The notes: generated by a model not told the origin, from the sequence alone. DNA of 64,000 nucleotides from Acetatifactor sp. (GCA_051877795.1 JBJEJG010000040.1:1110-65109); one strand, 5' to 3'; counted from the stretch's first letter, positions 1 through 8,585 are shown. Translations and numbers: made by a program.

Positions 1-108
1 CTAATTTGCACAGGAATACAGAAGTTTGCCGCATGTTATCTGTATGGGCTGGAAAAGCCTATAAACAAGAAATTCGTGAAGAAAGGAATACCAAACGATT
101 ATGTTTGA
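1..108 (+). CDS. 3' end of an unidentified CDS entering from the left edge (partial)
   Basis: Frame 1 is open from base 1 to TGA at 106-108 (...GIQKFAACYLYGLEKPINKKFVKKGIPNDYV*). The stop overlaps the ATG at 101 (ATGTTTGA), a typical coupled junction. It is too short to assign a family. Confidence 0.3.
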   Translation, partial: LICTGIQKFAACYLYGLEKPINKKFVKKGIPNDYV

Positions 109-607
109 AACAAGAAGTTTGAAGGTGATTAAGGCATCATTTGACTATGTTGACGATTATTACAGGGAATTTACCGATGAAATCTGTGAGTATCAGTATC
201 CGGATGCTTTTTCCTCTTTGGAGGAGGCGAAGGAACTTCTGGGCTACTTTATAGATGAAATGAATCAGGGCAATATGCTGGAACTGATGCTGCTTGATAA
301 GGATGAAAAGTTTGTGGGAAGTATGGAGGCGTTTGGGCTGAAAGAAGACGATATTGAGGTGGGGTTGTGGATAAAGAAGGATTCTCATGGAGCCGGTTAC
401 GGATATGAAGCATTGTGCGGACTCATTGATTTTCTTAACAGGCATTATCCCCGCTCTTATTACATATATGAAGCCGATGAGAGAAATACTGCATCTGTTC
501 ATCTTGTGAATAAATTAAAAAATGAAAAGGGTAGTGTAAACGATGTTACAACGGAATCGGGTAAGAAACTTCGATTAACGGTTTTTCACATTTTAGCCAA
601 ATATTGA
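101..607 (+). CDS. GNAT family N-acetyltransferase
   Basis: 168 aa. It has a GNAT-like core (...VGLWIKKDSHGAGYGYEALCGLIDFL...) and a size typical of RimJ/RimL-like acetyltransferases. Confidence 0.8.
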   Translation: MFETRSLKVIKASFDYVDDYYREFTDEICEYQYPDAFSSLEEAKELLGYFIDEMNQGNMLELMLLDKDEKFVGSMEAFGLKEDDIEVGLWIKKDSHGAGYGYEALCGLIDFLNRHYPRSYYIYEADERNTASVHLVNKLKNEKGSVNDVTTESGKKLRLTVFHILAKY

Positions 608-691
608 CCGAACCCTTTAGGGCGAGGGATGCTTTTGCCTGAAGGGCAGAAAGATGCTATATCTAAACCAAAATGAAACTGAGGAGATATC

Positions 692-1222
692 GTGATGATT
701 GTATTGGTAATAGATATTCAAAAGGGAATAACCGATGAAAGGCTCTATCATTATTCTGAGTTTATCAATAACACAAGAAAAATCATTGAAACAGCCAGAA
801 AAAATAACGTGGAAGTCATTTATGTACAACATGATGACGGCCCCGGAACCGGCTTTTCGGTGGGAGATGAGGATTTTGAAATCGCGGAGCAGGTAATACC
901 GGCAAAGGGTGAAAAAAGATATATCAAAGATATCAACAGCTGCTTTGGAAATAAGGAACTTGTCAGTTATCTGGAGGAAAAGAAGGAAAACACATTAATG
1001 ATTGTCGGGCTGCAGACTAACTTCTGTATTGATGCAACAATCAAGTCAGCCTTTGAAAGAGGATATCGGGTTATTATTCCGGAGGGAACGAATTCTACGT
1101 TTGACAATGATTACATGGATAAAGAGACAACGTACAAATATTATAACGAAATGATGTGGCCCAAACGATTTGCAGATTGCATTACGATGGAGGATGCAGT
1201 TTCTTTACTGAGCAAAAAATGA
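692..1222 (+). CDS. Isochorismatase-family cysteine hydrolase
   Basis: N-terminal LVIDIQKG and LMIVGLQTNFCIDATIKSAFERGYRVIIPEG (catalytic Cys context) are hallmarks of the isochorismatase/nicotinamidase fold. The start is GTG 692 or ATG 695, after GAGGAG. Confidence 0.85.
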   Translation: MMIVLVIDIQKGITDERLYHYSEFINNTRKIIETARKNNVEVIYVQHDDGPGTGFSVGDEDFEIAEQVIPAKGEKRYIKDINSCFGNKELVSYLEEKKENTLMIVGLQTNFCIDATIKSAFERGYRVIIPEGTNSTFDNDYMDKETTYKYYNEMMWPKRFADCITMEDAVSLLSKK

Positions 1223-1355
1223 CGTAAGACAGGGGGGTGCTATTTATTTTCCTGGTGCGATAGCAGTAAGAACAGAAGTGATTGGAATGATTTTCACTGC
1301 GGAGGCACAGCCTGTAGAAATCAGTACAGTGACATATTGAGAGGAGAGTTTATCT

Positions 1356-1793
1356 ATGATAATCAGAGAATTACAGGAAAAGGATATTGCTGCATGTGCG
1401 GAAATTTTGTGTAACGTTTATAACAATGAACTTTGGATGTGCCGATGGACTAAGGAATCGGCGGAGGAGTATCTCGGAGATTTTTTTGAACATAAAAAAT
1501 TTATAGGGTATGTAGCGGAAGAGGATTCCTCAGTTATAGCCGGCCTTTTTGCGCACGAGAAAATCTGGTGGAATAATAGCGAGGTTTTCATCGAGGAGAT
1601 GTTTGTTACACCCAAGAAGCAGGGAAACGGAATTGGTACGGCTCTTTTGCAAGAAGTGGAAAAATACATAAAGGAAAAGCAGCTCGCCGGGATTACCTTA
1701 TCCACAAACAAATTTGCTCCTGCCCCAAAGTTCTATGAAAAAAATGGATTTGTGAACTGTGAGCATGTTATGTTTATGGCGAAGGAACTGTAA
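1356..1793 (+). CDS. GNAT family N-acetyltransferase
   Basis: 145 aa. The acetyl-CoA binding motif is VTPKKQGNGIGTALLQEVEKY (Q/RxxGxG/A). Confidence 0.85.
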   Translation: MIIRELQEKDIAACAEILCNVYNNELWMCRWTKESAEEYLGDFFEHKKFIGYVAEEDSSVIAGLFAHEKIWWNNSEVFIEEMFVTPKKQGNGIGTALLQEVEKYIKEKQLAGITLSTNKFAPAPKFYEKNGFVNCEHVMFMAKEL

Positions 1794-1839
1794 GGATGAG
1801 ACGGTTTGAAACATGAGTTTGGGAAGGAGAGAAGTATTT

Positions 1840-1968
1840 ATGATTGTAGGGCTTGCATCATTGGCAGGTCCGCTTCTGGTGATTGCCCGGATAGTCATAT
1901 TTCGTGTTTCAGGAAAGGGATTTAGAGGTCAGTGCAACGTTAATTCAAGTATGTTTACAGGGGGGTGA
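1840..1968 (+). CDS. Unannotated 42-codon small ORF (hydrophobic N-terminus), possible leader or small membrane peptide
   Basis: ATG at 1840 lies about 8 nt after GAAGGAGAG (1823-1831). It encodes MIVGLASLAGPLLVIARIVIFRVSGKGFRGQCNVNSSMFTGG*. The TGA at 1966-1968 is 3 nt before the ATG of the next gene. It is below the length cut-off of the ORF track. Confidence 0.3.
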   Translation: MIVGLASLAGPLLVIARIVIFRVSGKGFRGQCNVNSSMFTGG

Positions 1969-1971
1969 AAG

Positions 1972-2772
1972 ATGAAGAAGTTATTAGGATATCACGATTT
2001 GCCGGAAGACATTGCCGGGCAGATAAGTAAAACTGTGGATATTTGGAAGCAACACCTAAAAGAAGATTTGATTGGGATATATTTGCACGGCTCCATCGTG
2101 CTGAATGCTTTCAATCCCGATTCGGGAGATATCGATATATTGGTGGTGGTAAAGGATTCACTTGAGGTTTCGGAGAAACTTGCCATTGCAAAGGACATCA
2201 TTTCAATTGACCGTTTGCCATGTCCGCTTGAGATGTCTGCGATAAAGCTTTCGGATGCACTGGCATGGAAAACACCCGGAAACTGTGTTTTTCATTATAG
2301 TGATTTCTGGACGGAACGGTATTTGGATAGGTTCAAAAATCCTGATGCCGAAGTATATGTAGTTGATCGGGAGTTTCCCGATGCGGATGTAACCAGTTAT
2401 ATCAAGCTGATAAAGCAGCGTGGTGTTGTTCTGTATGGAAGAGAGATACAGGATGTTTTTGCAGATGTATCTGATGAAGATTTTTGGTCTGCAATCAGTG
2501 CAGATATTGATGATTACGATTTTCATGCTTATAATGAAAGGTACTTTGCCAGTAATGCTTTGATTTTGGGAAGAATCCTGTCTTTTAAAAAAGAGAGGAG
2601 AATTTTATCCAAATATGACGGCGGCTTGTGGATGATTGAGAACGTACCGGAGGATTTGAGATATCTGCCGGAAAATGCCATGAAAATATGGTTCGAAAAC
2701 GAATCCCACGAGTTACCTGAAAAAGACCTGGAGAGATTGAGAGAATATCTTCTGAAAGAAATAAAATCATAG
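1972..2772 (+). CDS. Nucleotidyltransferase of the aminoglycoside adenylyltransferase (AadA/ANT(9)-like) architecture
   Basis: The N-terminal pol-beta NTase motif is IGIYLHGSIVLNAFNPDSGDIDILVVV (GS...DxD). At about 266 aa with a helical C-terminal half, it resembles AadA-type enzymes. Substrate cannot be inferred. Confidence 0.7.
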   Translation: MKKLLGYHDLPEDIAGQISKTVDIWKQHLKEDLIGIYLHGSIVLNAFNPDSGDIDILVVVKDSLEVSEKLAIAKDIISIDRLPCPLEMSAIKLSDALAWKTPGNCVFHYSDFWTERYLDRFKNPDAEVYVVDREFPDADVTSYIKLIKQRGVVLYGREIQDVFADVSDEDFWSAISADIDDYDFHAYNERYFASNALILGRILSFKKERRILSKYDGGLWMIENVPEDLRYLPENAMKIWFENESHELPEKDLERLREYLLKEIKS

Positions 2773-2818
2773 GAAACTCTAAGTTTTTTGCTATAACTAC
2801 ATAAGGGAGAGATTTTGT

Positions 2819-3076
2819 ATGGGAGAATTATCAAAACTTCCTAACATAGGAAAAACAGTTGAAGAACAGCTTATTCAAGTGGGAATCAGCTCGGTTGATG
2901 AACTGAAGAGGGTCGGTGCAAAAGCAGCGTGGCTCAAGATACAGGAGATGGATGAATCTGCCTGTATCAATCGATTGATGGCGCTTGAAGGCGCTATTCA
3001 GGGTGTCAAGAAAACAATGCTGTCAGATGAAGTAAAAGCTGATTTAAAAGAATTCTATCAGAGGCATAAGAAATAG
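2819..3076 (+). CDS. TfoX C-terminal domain protein
   Basis: LPNIGKTVEEQLIQVGISSVDELKRVGAKAAWLKI...LMALEGAIQGVKKTMLSDEVKADLKEFY matches the helix-hairpin-helix TfoX_C pattern (LPNIG...G...L...GA...L..L.GA..G). Confidence 0.75.
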   Translation: MGELSKLPNIGKTVEEQLIQVGISSVDELKRVGAKAAWLKIQEMDESACINRLMALEGAIQGVKKTMLSDEVKADLKEFYQRHKK

Positions 3077-3331
3077 ACAAAAGCATCAACTCGGGAGGAA
3101 CCTGTAACTAAGAATTGAGTGGGCCGGAAGAATTGGCAAAACAGCCACCCCCATCCTGTTTATTGCGCTGATATGGGTATAGTAGAGAAAAACAGGTACC
3201 TGTACCCATAATAGAAAATATTTTGTTGTTACGACTGGAAAAAGAATTTGCTCCCCAATTTGTAGATATTGGAAAGCTTGAATTTGTGGAGTTGATAAAT
3301 ACTGATTTTCTATGGATTCTTAAGGAAGAGT

Positions 3332-3649
3332 ATGAATAAAAGACGGAGGATTATAAAGATGGGAATTCATTCAATTGATGCAGAGGATGACCAGTTTGCG
3401 TATCGTTATGATACACAGTTGCTCATTGACAGAAGAGACAGGGATTTGGATGAGGATGAAATATCAGATTATATTACAGAGCATTTTGAGGGAAACAGCT
3501 TGATTGCTGCTGGAGATGAAGACTTGATAAAGATTCACTTTCATACAAATGAACCATGGAAGGTGTTAGAGTATTGCAATACGATTGGAGAAATCTATGA
3601 TATTGTTGTTGAAGATATGATTAGACAAGCAAACGGACTTCAAGGATAA
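3332..3649 (+). pseudogene. Isolated fragment of a YloV/FakA-type (DAK2 fusion) protein, middle domain only
   Basis: FAYRYDTQLLID...EGNSLIAAGDEDLIKIHFHTNEPWKVLEYCNTIGEIYDIVVEDMIRQ matches the central ...GDSLvvv.d..l.KvHvHT..P..vl......G.l..i.ieNM..Q segment of about 550-aa YloV/FakA proteins. The Dak2 N-domain and DegV-like C-domain are both absent. Confidence 0.55.
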
Positions 3650-3708
3650 TTTTGTATGTCCTCTTTAAGAATTTAAGCGCAATGTTAGGTGGTATAATGG
3701 GAGATTGC

Positions 3709-4245
3709 ATGATTATGATTCAATACAGAAAATTGAGTGCGGATGAATTAAGCAGAGAATTATTTTCATACTTTATCCGTCATCAGGTGGTTACAAAATG
3801 CTGGCGGAAGGAAGACGGAGAGTGGAAGATTAAGGACGTACCATTCATAGATGACTGGTCGGAGGAAAACTATGAAACACTGGTTTCCTGTCTGAAAAAC
3901 ACGATTCGTACCGGTGGCTTTGTGTATGGAGCCTTTTCGGATGATAAATTGAAGGGTTTTGTTTCGGTAGAGCCAATATTATTTGGAGGGGAACAAAAGT
4001 ATCTTGATTTATCCAGTATCCATGTATCAGAGGATATGAGGGGGCAGGGAATCGGAAAAGTACTTTTTCTTGCCGCAAAAGAGTGGGCGAGGGAAAAAGG
4101 AGCAAAAAAACTGTACATATCATCACATTCGGCAGTAGAGAGTCAGGCATTTTATAGGGCTATGGGATGTGTGGAGGCAGAGGTTTATAACCGGAGACAT
4201 GTGGAAGAAGAGCCGTGTGATTGCCAGTTGGAATGTATTCTGTAA
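3709..4245 (+). CDS. GNAT family N-acetyltransferase
   Basis: Acetyl-CoA motif VSEDMRGQGIGKVLFLAAKEWAREKGAKKLYI. The ORF is open from 3652, but the ATG at 3709 follows GGGAGA with about 6 nt spacing and is preferred. Confidence 0.8.
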   Translation: MIMIQYRKLSADELSRELFSYFIRHQVVTKCWRKEDGEWKIKDVPFIDDWSEENYETLVSCLKNTIRTGGFVYGAFSDDKLKGFVSVEPILFGGEQKYLDLSSIHVSEDMRGQGIGKVLFLAAKEWAREKGAKKLYISSHSAVESQAFYRAMGCVEAEVYNRRHVEEEPCDCQLECIL

Positions 4246-4354
4246 GTTGAGAAGTATCTTCTGCCCCTAAAACGCGTGAACATTGATAAAACGTGGGATT
4301 GGATATTTGCCGGCAGAGTGAGGGCTTTACTTAGAAGATGAAGTCTATGTCAGA

Positions 4355-5119
4355 ATGGAGAAGAAAAGCATGGAACCAGAGTTCATAAATTTAACCACTG
4401 AGAATATTGCCGGCGAGCATTTGTGCTGTATCATCCGCAGCAAGAAACCGCATCCCGGGGTAGAAGCCAAACGGCAATGGCTTTCGGAACGCTTGCAGGA
4501 AGGGCACGTGTTTCGAAAATTGAATGCCAAGGGCTGCTGTTTCATAGAATATGCTCCGGTGGAGACGGCCTGGGTGCCGGTCACGGGAGACAATTTTTAT
4601 TATATCTATTGCCTTTGGGTTTCTGGTGAGTTCAAAGGAAAAGGTTATGGCAGGAGTCTGATGGAGTACTGTATTGCAGACGCAAAAGCAAAGGGAAAAT
4701 CCGGTATCTGTATGCTTGGGGCAAAAAAGCAAAAAAACTGGCTTTCCAATCAGGCATTTGCCCAAAAGTACGGATTTGAAGTGGTTGACACTACGGAGAG
4801 CGGATACGAATTGCTTGCGCTTTCTTTCGATGGCACAACCCCAAAGTTTGCTGAGAATGCAAAAAGGGAGAGCATTGCAGAACAGGAGCTGACAATTTAT
4901 TATGATATGCAGTGCCCTTATATCTATCAGAAAATAGAAGAGATAAGAAAGTATTGTGAAGAAAGTGAGTTTCCCGTCAACCTGATTCGGGTAGACAGTT
5001 TGCAAAAAGCCAAGGATTTGCCTTGCGCTTTTAACAATTGGGGAGCCTTTTATAAAGGACAGTTTGAGACGGTTAATCTATTGGATGTTGCTGCGGTGCA
5101 GAAAATATTTAAAATGTAG
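4355..5119 (+). CDS. GNAT acetyltransferase with a YoaP-like C-terminal domain
   Basis: GNAT core WVSGEFKGKGYGRSLMEYCIADAKAKG. The C-terminal part, about 90 aa (LTIYYDMQCPYIYQKIEE...NNWGAFYKGQFETVNLLD), resembles the YoaP-type thioredoxin-like extension. An alternative start is ATG 4370. Confidence 0.7.
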   Translation: MEKKSMEPEFINLTTENIAGEHLCCIIRSKKPHPGVEAKRQWLSERLQEGHVFRKLNAKGCCFIEYAPVETAWVPVTGDNFYYIYCLWVSGEFKGKGYGRSLMEYCIADAKAKGKSGICMLGAKKQKNWLSNQAFAQKYGFEVVDTTESGYELLALSFDGTTPKFAENAKRESIAEQELTIYYDMQCPYIYQKIEEIRKYCEESEFPVNLIRVDSLQKAKDLPCAFNNWGAFYKGQFETVNLLDVAAVQKIFKM

Positions 5120-5282
5120 GGTGGTCACCGGTTAGTGATTGTGAATCCAGGGTAAAAATGTGCAACCTCCTTTGTTGAACAGTTGGCTTTAAATAAAAAG
5201 GTGCATATATTAGAAGAAACTGTGCTAATTTCACTAATTTTGCAAAAAAAATAAAAAAACTTTGAAAAAATAAAAAAAGTGC

Positions 5283-5311
5283 TTGCAATTTATTACAGGA
5301 TGTATTATTAT
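5283..5311 (+). promoter_or_regulatory. Sigma-A type promoter for the tRNA gene, with an A-rich UP-like tract upstream
   Basis: TTGCAA (5283-5288), a 17-nt spacer, then TATTAT (5306-5311). About 50 nt of poly-A-rich sequence (aaaaaaaataaaaaaactttgaaaaaataaaaaaag) precedes it. Confidence 0.6.
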
Positions 5312-5344
5312 AAGCAAGTACCGCGGTTACGGTACTTGCAGAAT

Positions 5345-5416
5345 GGCTGATTGGTCAAGCGGTTAAGACGCCGCCCTCTCACGGCGGAAACAGGGGTTCG
5401 ATTCCCCTATCAGCTG
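5345..5416 (+). tRNA. tRNA-Glu (anticodon CUC)
   Basis: I folded a cloverleaf by hand. The acceptor is ggctgat/atcagct (G1-U72 wobble). The D arm GGTCAAGCGGTTAAGAC is typical of Gram-positive tRNA-Glu. The anticodon stem is ccgcc/ggcgg with loop cTCTCAc, giving CTC. The T arm is agggg-TTCGATT-cccct. No CCA is encoded. Confidence 0.85.
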
Positions 5417-5450
5417 CTCTATTCAATAGAATAGCCCAACCCAAGGATGT

Positions 5451-5485
5451 CGGAAACCATATGGTTTGCGGCATTTTTATTTTTG
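5451..5485 (+). terminator. Rho-independent terminator after the tRNA
   Basis: Hairpin cggaaacca-ta-tggtttgcg (one mismatch), followed by gcATTTTTATTTTTG. Confidence 0.7.
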
Positions 5486-5514
5486 CGGGAATGGCTCGCT
5501 GTTATAAAAAAAAC

Positions 5515-5543
5515 TTGCGCCCCTTTTGTTTTTGGTGTATAGT
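5515..5543 (+). promoter_or_regulatory. Candidate sigma-A promoter of topA
   Basis: TTGCGC (5515-5520), a 17-nt spacer, then TATAGT (5538-5543), about 70 nt upstream of the topA ATG. Confidence 0.5.
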
Positions 5544-5613
5544 GGTTCACGATTACATTTTGAGGGAACATTATTATATATAGAAGAAACTTGGGAGTAA
5601 AGGGGAGCAGACA

Positions 5614-7692
5614 ATGGCAAAATATCTGGTAATCGTGGAATCACCGGCAAAAGTAAAGACCATCAAAAAGTTTCTGGGGAGTAATTATGAGGTGGCGGCC
5701 AGCAACGGGCATGTACGTGACCTGCCGAAAAGCAGCCTCGGAATTGATGTGGAACATGACTATGAACCCAAATATATCACTATCCGGGGAAAGGGGGATA
5801 TCCTTGCAAATCTGCGCAAGGAGGTAAAGAAAGCGGAAAAAATATATCTTGCAACCGACCCTGACCGGGAGGGAGAGGCAATCTCATGGCATCTGTACCA
5901 TGCACTGAAACTGGAAGATAAAAAGGTTTATCGAATTACCTTTAATGAAATTACCAAAAATGCAGTGAAGGAATCCCTGAAAAACGCAAGAGAAATCAAT
6001 ATGAATCTGGTGGATGCCCAGCAGGCGAGGCGTGCTCTGGACAGAATGGTGGGCTACCGTATTTCTCCGCTTTTGTGGGCCAAGATTAAGAGGGGCTTAA
6101 GCGCAGGCCGCGTGCAGTCGGTGGCACTGCGTATCATCTGCGACAGAGAAGATGAAATCAATGCTTTTGTTCCCGAGGAATACTGGACTCTGGATGTCAA
6201 TCTGAATGTAAAGGGTGAGAAAAAGCCAATCTGTGCAAAGTACTATGGTACCGTGGACGGAAAGCAGGCCATTGCGGATGAAGCGCAGGCAAAAAGCATC
6301 ATGGATTCCCTGAAGGCTGCAGACTATAAGGTTACCGAGGTGAAAAAGGGCGAGAGAATGAAGAAACCGCCTTTCCCGTTCACTACCTCCACTCTCCAGC
6401 AGGAGGCCAGCAAGGTGCTGAATTTCTCTACGCAGAAGACGATGCGTCTGGCGCAGCAGCTCTATGAGGGTGTTGACATCAAGGGAGAGGGCACCGTCGG
6501 ACTGATTACCTATCTGCGTACTGACTCCACTCGTGTTTCCGAGGAAGCGGAAAGTATGGCGGCTGAGTTTATTGGCTCTCATTATGGAGAGGAATATCTT
6601 GCCGCGATGACAGCCGAGAAAAAGAATGCACAGAAAATACAGGATGCGCATGAGGCAATCCGGCCTACAGATTTAAACAGAATTCCTCTGGAAATGAAGG
6701 ATGAACTGCCCAGAGATTTGTTTAGATTGTATCAGTTGATTTGGAAACGTTTTGTTGCAAGCCGCATGAGCGCTGCAAGATATGAGACAACATCCGTGAA
6801 AATTCAGGCAAAGGAGCAGATTTTTACGCTGTCTGCATCCAGCTGCAGGTTTGACGGATTTATGAGCGTATACACCTCTGAGGATGACAGGGAGGAAGAG
6901 AATACGCTGACAGGTGAACTGAACAGTGACAGTGTGCTGTCCTTTGTCTCCTTTGACCCCAGACAGCATTTTACCCAGCCTCCGGCACATTATACCGAAG
7001 CATCTCTGGTCAGAGCCCTGGAGGAGCTTGGCATAGGACGTCCCAGCACCTATGCGCCAACCATTACCACGATTCTGGCGAGACGGTATATCGCGAAGGA
7101 GAATAAGAATCTTTACGTTACAGAGCTGGGAGAGGTAGTAAACAATATGATGAAGGAGGCTTTTCCTACCATTGTAGACGTAAACTTTACTGCAAATATG
7201 GAGGCCCTGTTGGATGGCGTAGAAGAGGGGAACGTAAAATGGAAGACCATTATTTCCAACTTCTATCCGGATCTTGACGAGGCGGTAAAGCAGGCGGAAA
7301 AGGAACTGGAGCAGGTGAAGATTGCAGATGAGGTCAGTGACGAGGTCTGCGAGCTTTGCGGCAGGCAGATGGTTATCAAATACGGCCCTCACGGAAGGTT
7401 TCTGGCGTGCCCCGGTTTCCCTGAATGTCGTAACACAAAGCCTTATTTCGAAAAAATCGGAGTGAGCTGTCCAAATTGCGGCAAGGATATTGTCCTGAAA
7501 AAAACGAAGAAGGGCAGAAAATACTACGGCTGTATTGATAATCCGAACTGTGACTTCATGGTATGGCAGAAGCCATCGGGACAGAATTGTCCGAAGTGCG
7601 GGAAACCTCTGCTGATAAAGGGAAATAAGCTGGTATGTGCCAACGAACAGTGCGGATACAATGTGTTGTCTGAATTGTCACATAAATCATGA
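5614..7692 (+). CDS. topA: DNA topoisomerase I
   Basis: Toprim start MAKYLVIVESPAKVKTIKKFLG, DPDREGEAISWH, active-site region GLITYLRTDS, and three to four C-terminal CxxC zinc-ribbon repeats. Confidence 0.97.
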   Translation: MAKYLVIVESPAKVKTIKKFLGSNYEVAASNGHVRDLPKSSLGIDVEHDYEPKYITIRGKGDILANLRKEVKKAEKIYLATDPDREGEAISWHLYHALKLEDKKVYRITFNEITKNAVKESLKNAREINMNLVDAQQARRALDRMVGYRISPLLWAKIKRGLSAGRVQSVALRIICDREDEINAFVPEEYWTLDVNLNVKGEKKPICAKYYGTVDGKQAIADEAQAKSIMDSLKAADYKVTEVKKGERMKKPPFPFTTSTLQQEASKVLNFSTQKTMRLAQQLYEGVDIKGEGTVGLITYLRTDSTRVSEEAESMAAEFIGSHYGEEYLAAMTAEKKNAQKIQDAHEAIRPTDLNRIPLEMKDELPRDLFRLYQLIWKRFVASRMSAARYETTSVKIQAKEQIFTLSASSCRFDGFMSVYTSEDDREEENTLTGELNSDSVLSFVSFDPRQHFTQPPAHYTEASLVRALEELGIGRPSTYAPTITTILARRYIAKENKNLYVTELGEVVNNMMKEAFPTIVDVNFTANMEALLDGVEEGNVKWKTIISNFYPDLDEAVKQAEKELEQVKIADEVSDEVCELCGRQMVIKYGPHGRFLACPGFPECRNTKPYFEKIGVSCPNCGKDIVLKKTKKGRKYYGCIDNPNCDFMVWQKPSGQNCPKCGKPLLIKGNKLVCANEQCGYNVLSELSHKS

Positions 7693-7796
7693 AAAAAACA
7701 AATAAATTCGTAATTTACACATTGTAATCTGACTTCGGTTGTGCTAAACTACAGTTGTATCTTTATATACGTTGGCAGCAAAGCGGAGGAATGTAT

Positions 7797-8585
7797 ATGA
7801 GTAGTGTACAGCTGTTAGATAAGACCAGAAAAATAGGAAAGCTATTGCACAACAATAATTCCAGTAAAGTGGTGTTTAATGATATCTGCAAAGTGATGCG
7901 TGAAATCCTGAACTCCAATATTCTGGTTATCAGCCGCAAGGGGAAAGTATTGGGTGTTGGAAAGGCCGAAGGAATTGAGTCGATTACAGAACTGCTTGAG
8001 GAAAATGTCGGCGGTTTTATAGATCCCATGCTCAATGAGAGGCTTTTGGGAGTGCTCTCCACCAAGGAGAACGTAAACTTGGAAACCCTGGGCTTTGAAA
8101 GTACCGATATAAAAAAGTTTCAGGCAATTATTACTCCTATCGAGATTGCCGGGGAACGCCTTGGTACGCTGTTTATTTATAAATGCGATGAACAGTACGA
8201 CATCGATGACATTATTCTGTGCGAGTACGGAACCACGGTAGTGGGGCTGGAGATGTTGCGTGCTGTGAATGAGGAGAGCGCAGAGGAAAGCAGAAAGGTG
8301 GCGGTAGTAAAATCGGCCATCAGTACTCTTTCCTTCTCTGAGATGGAAGCTATCACTCACATTTTTGACGAACTGAACGGAATGGAGGGTATTCTGGTTG
8401 CCAGTAAGATTGCTGACAGAGTCGGAATCACCCGGTCTGTCATTGTCAATGCCCTGAGAAAGTTTGAGAGCGCTGGCGTCATTGAATCGCGTTCCTCCGG
8501 TATGAAAGGAACCTATATCAAGGTGCTGAACGATGTGGTTTTCGATGAAATTGAAGAATTGAAAAGACAGAATCAGCACAGATAG
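7797..8585 (+). CDS. codY: GTP/BCAA-sensing global regulator CodY
   Basis: MSSVQLLDKTRKIGKLL..., GAF-like N-domain, C-terminal wHTH ASKIADRVGITRSVIVNALRKFESAGVIESRS. The ORF is open from 7755, but the ATG at 7797 lies 6 nt after GGAGGA. Confidence 0.95.
   Translation: MSSVQLLDKTRKIGKLLHNNNSSKVVFNDICKVMREILNSNILVISRKGKVLGVGKAEGIESITELLEENVGGFIDPMLNERLLGVLSTKENVNLETLGFESTDIKKFQAIITPIEIAGERLGTLFIYKCDEQYDIDDIILCEYGTTVVGLEMLRAVNEESAEESRKVAVVKSAISTLSFSEMEAITHIFDELNGMEGILVASKIADRVGITRSVIVNALRKFESAGVIESRSSGMKGTYIKVLNDVVFDEIEELKRQNQHR

Noticed and set aside
1972-2772. Calling the nucleotidyltransferase an aminoglycoside resistance gene (aadA/ant(9)).
   Set aside because: Only the general architecture and the NTase motif are recognisable by eye. 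Many such proteins are not resistance determinants. The call is kept as an ANT-like NTase without a gene symbol.
1-5416. The idea that the accessory block is a tRNA-targeted genomic island.
   Set aside because: The block lies 5' of the tRNA rather than at its 3' end. No integrase or recombinase gene is present, and I found no direct repeat of the tRNA 3' end. It is treated as a variable neighbourhood, not a mobile element.
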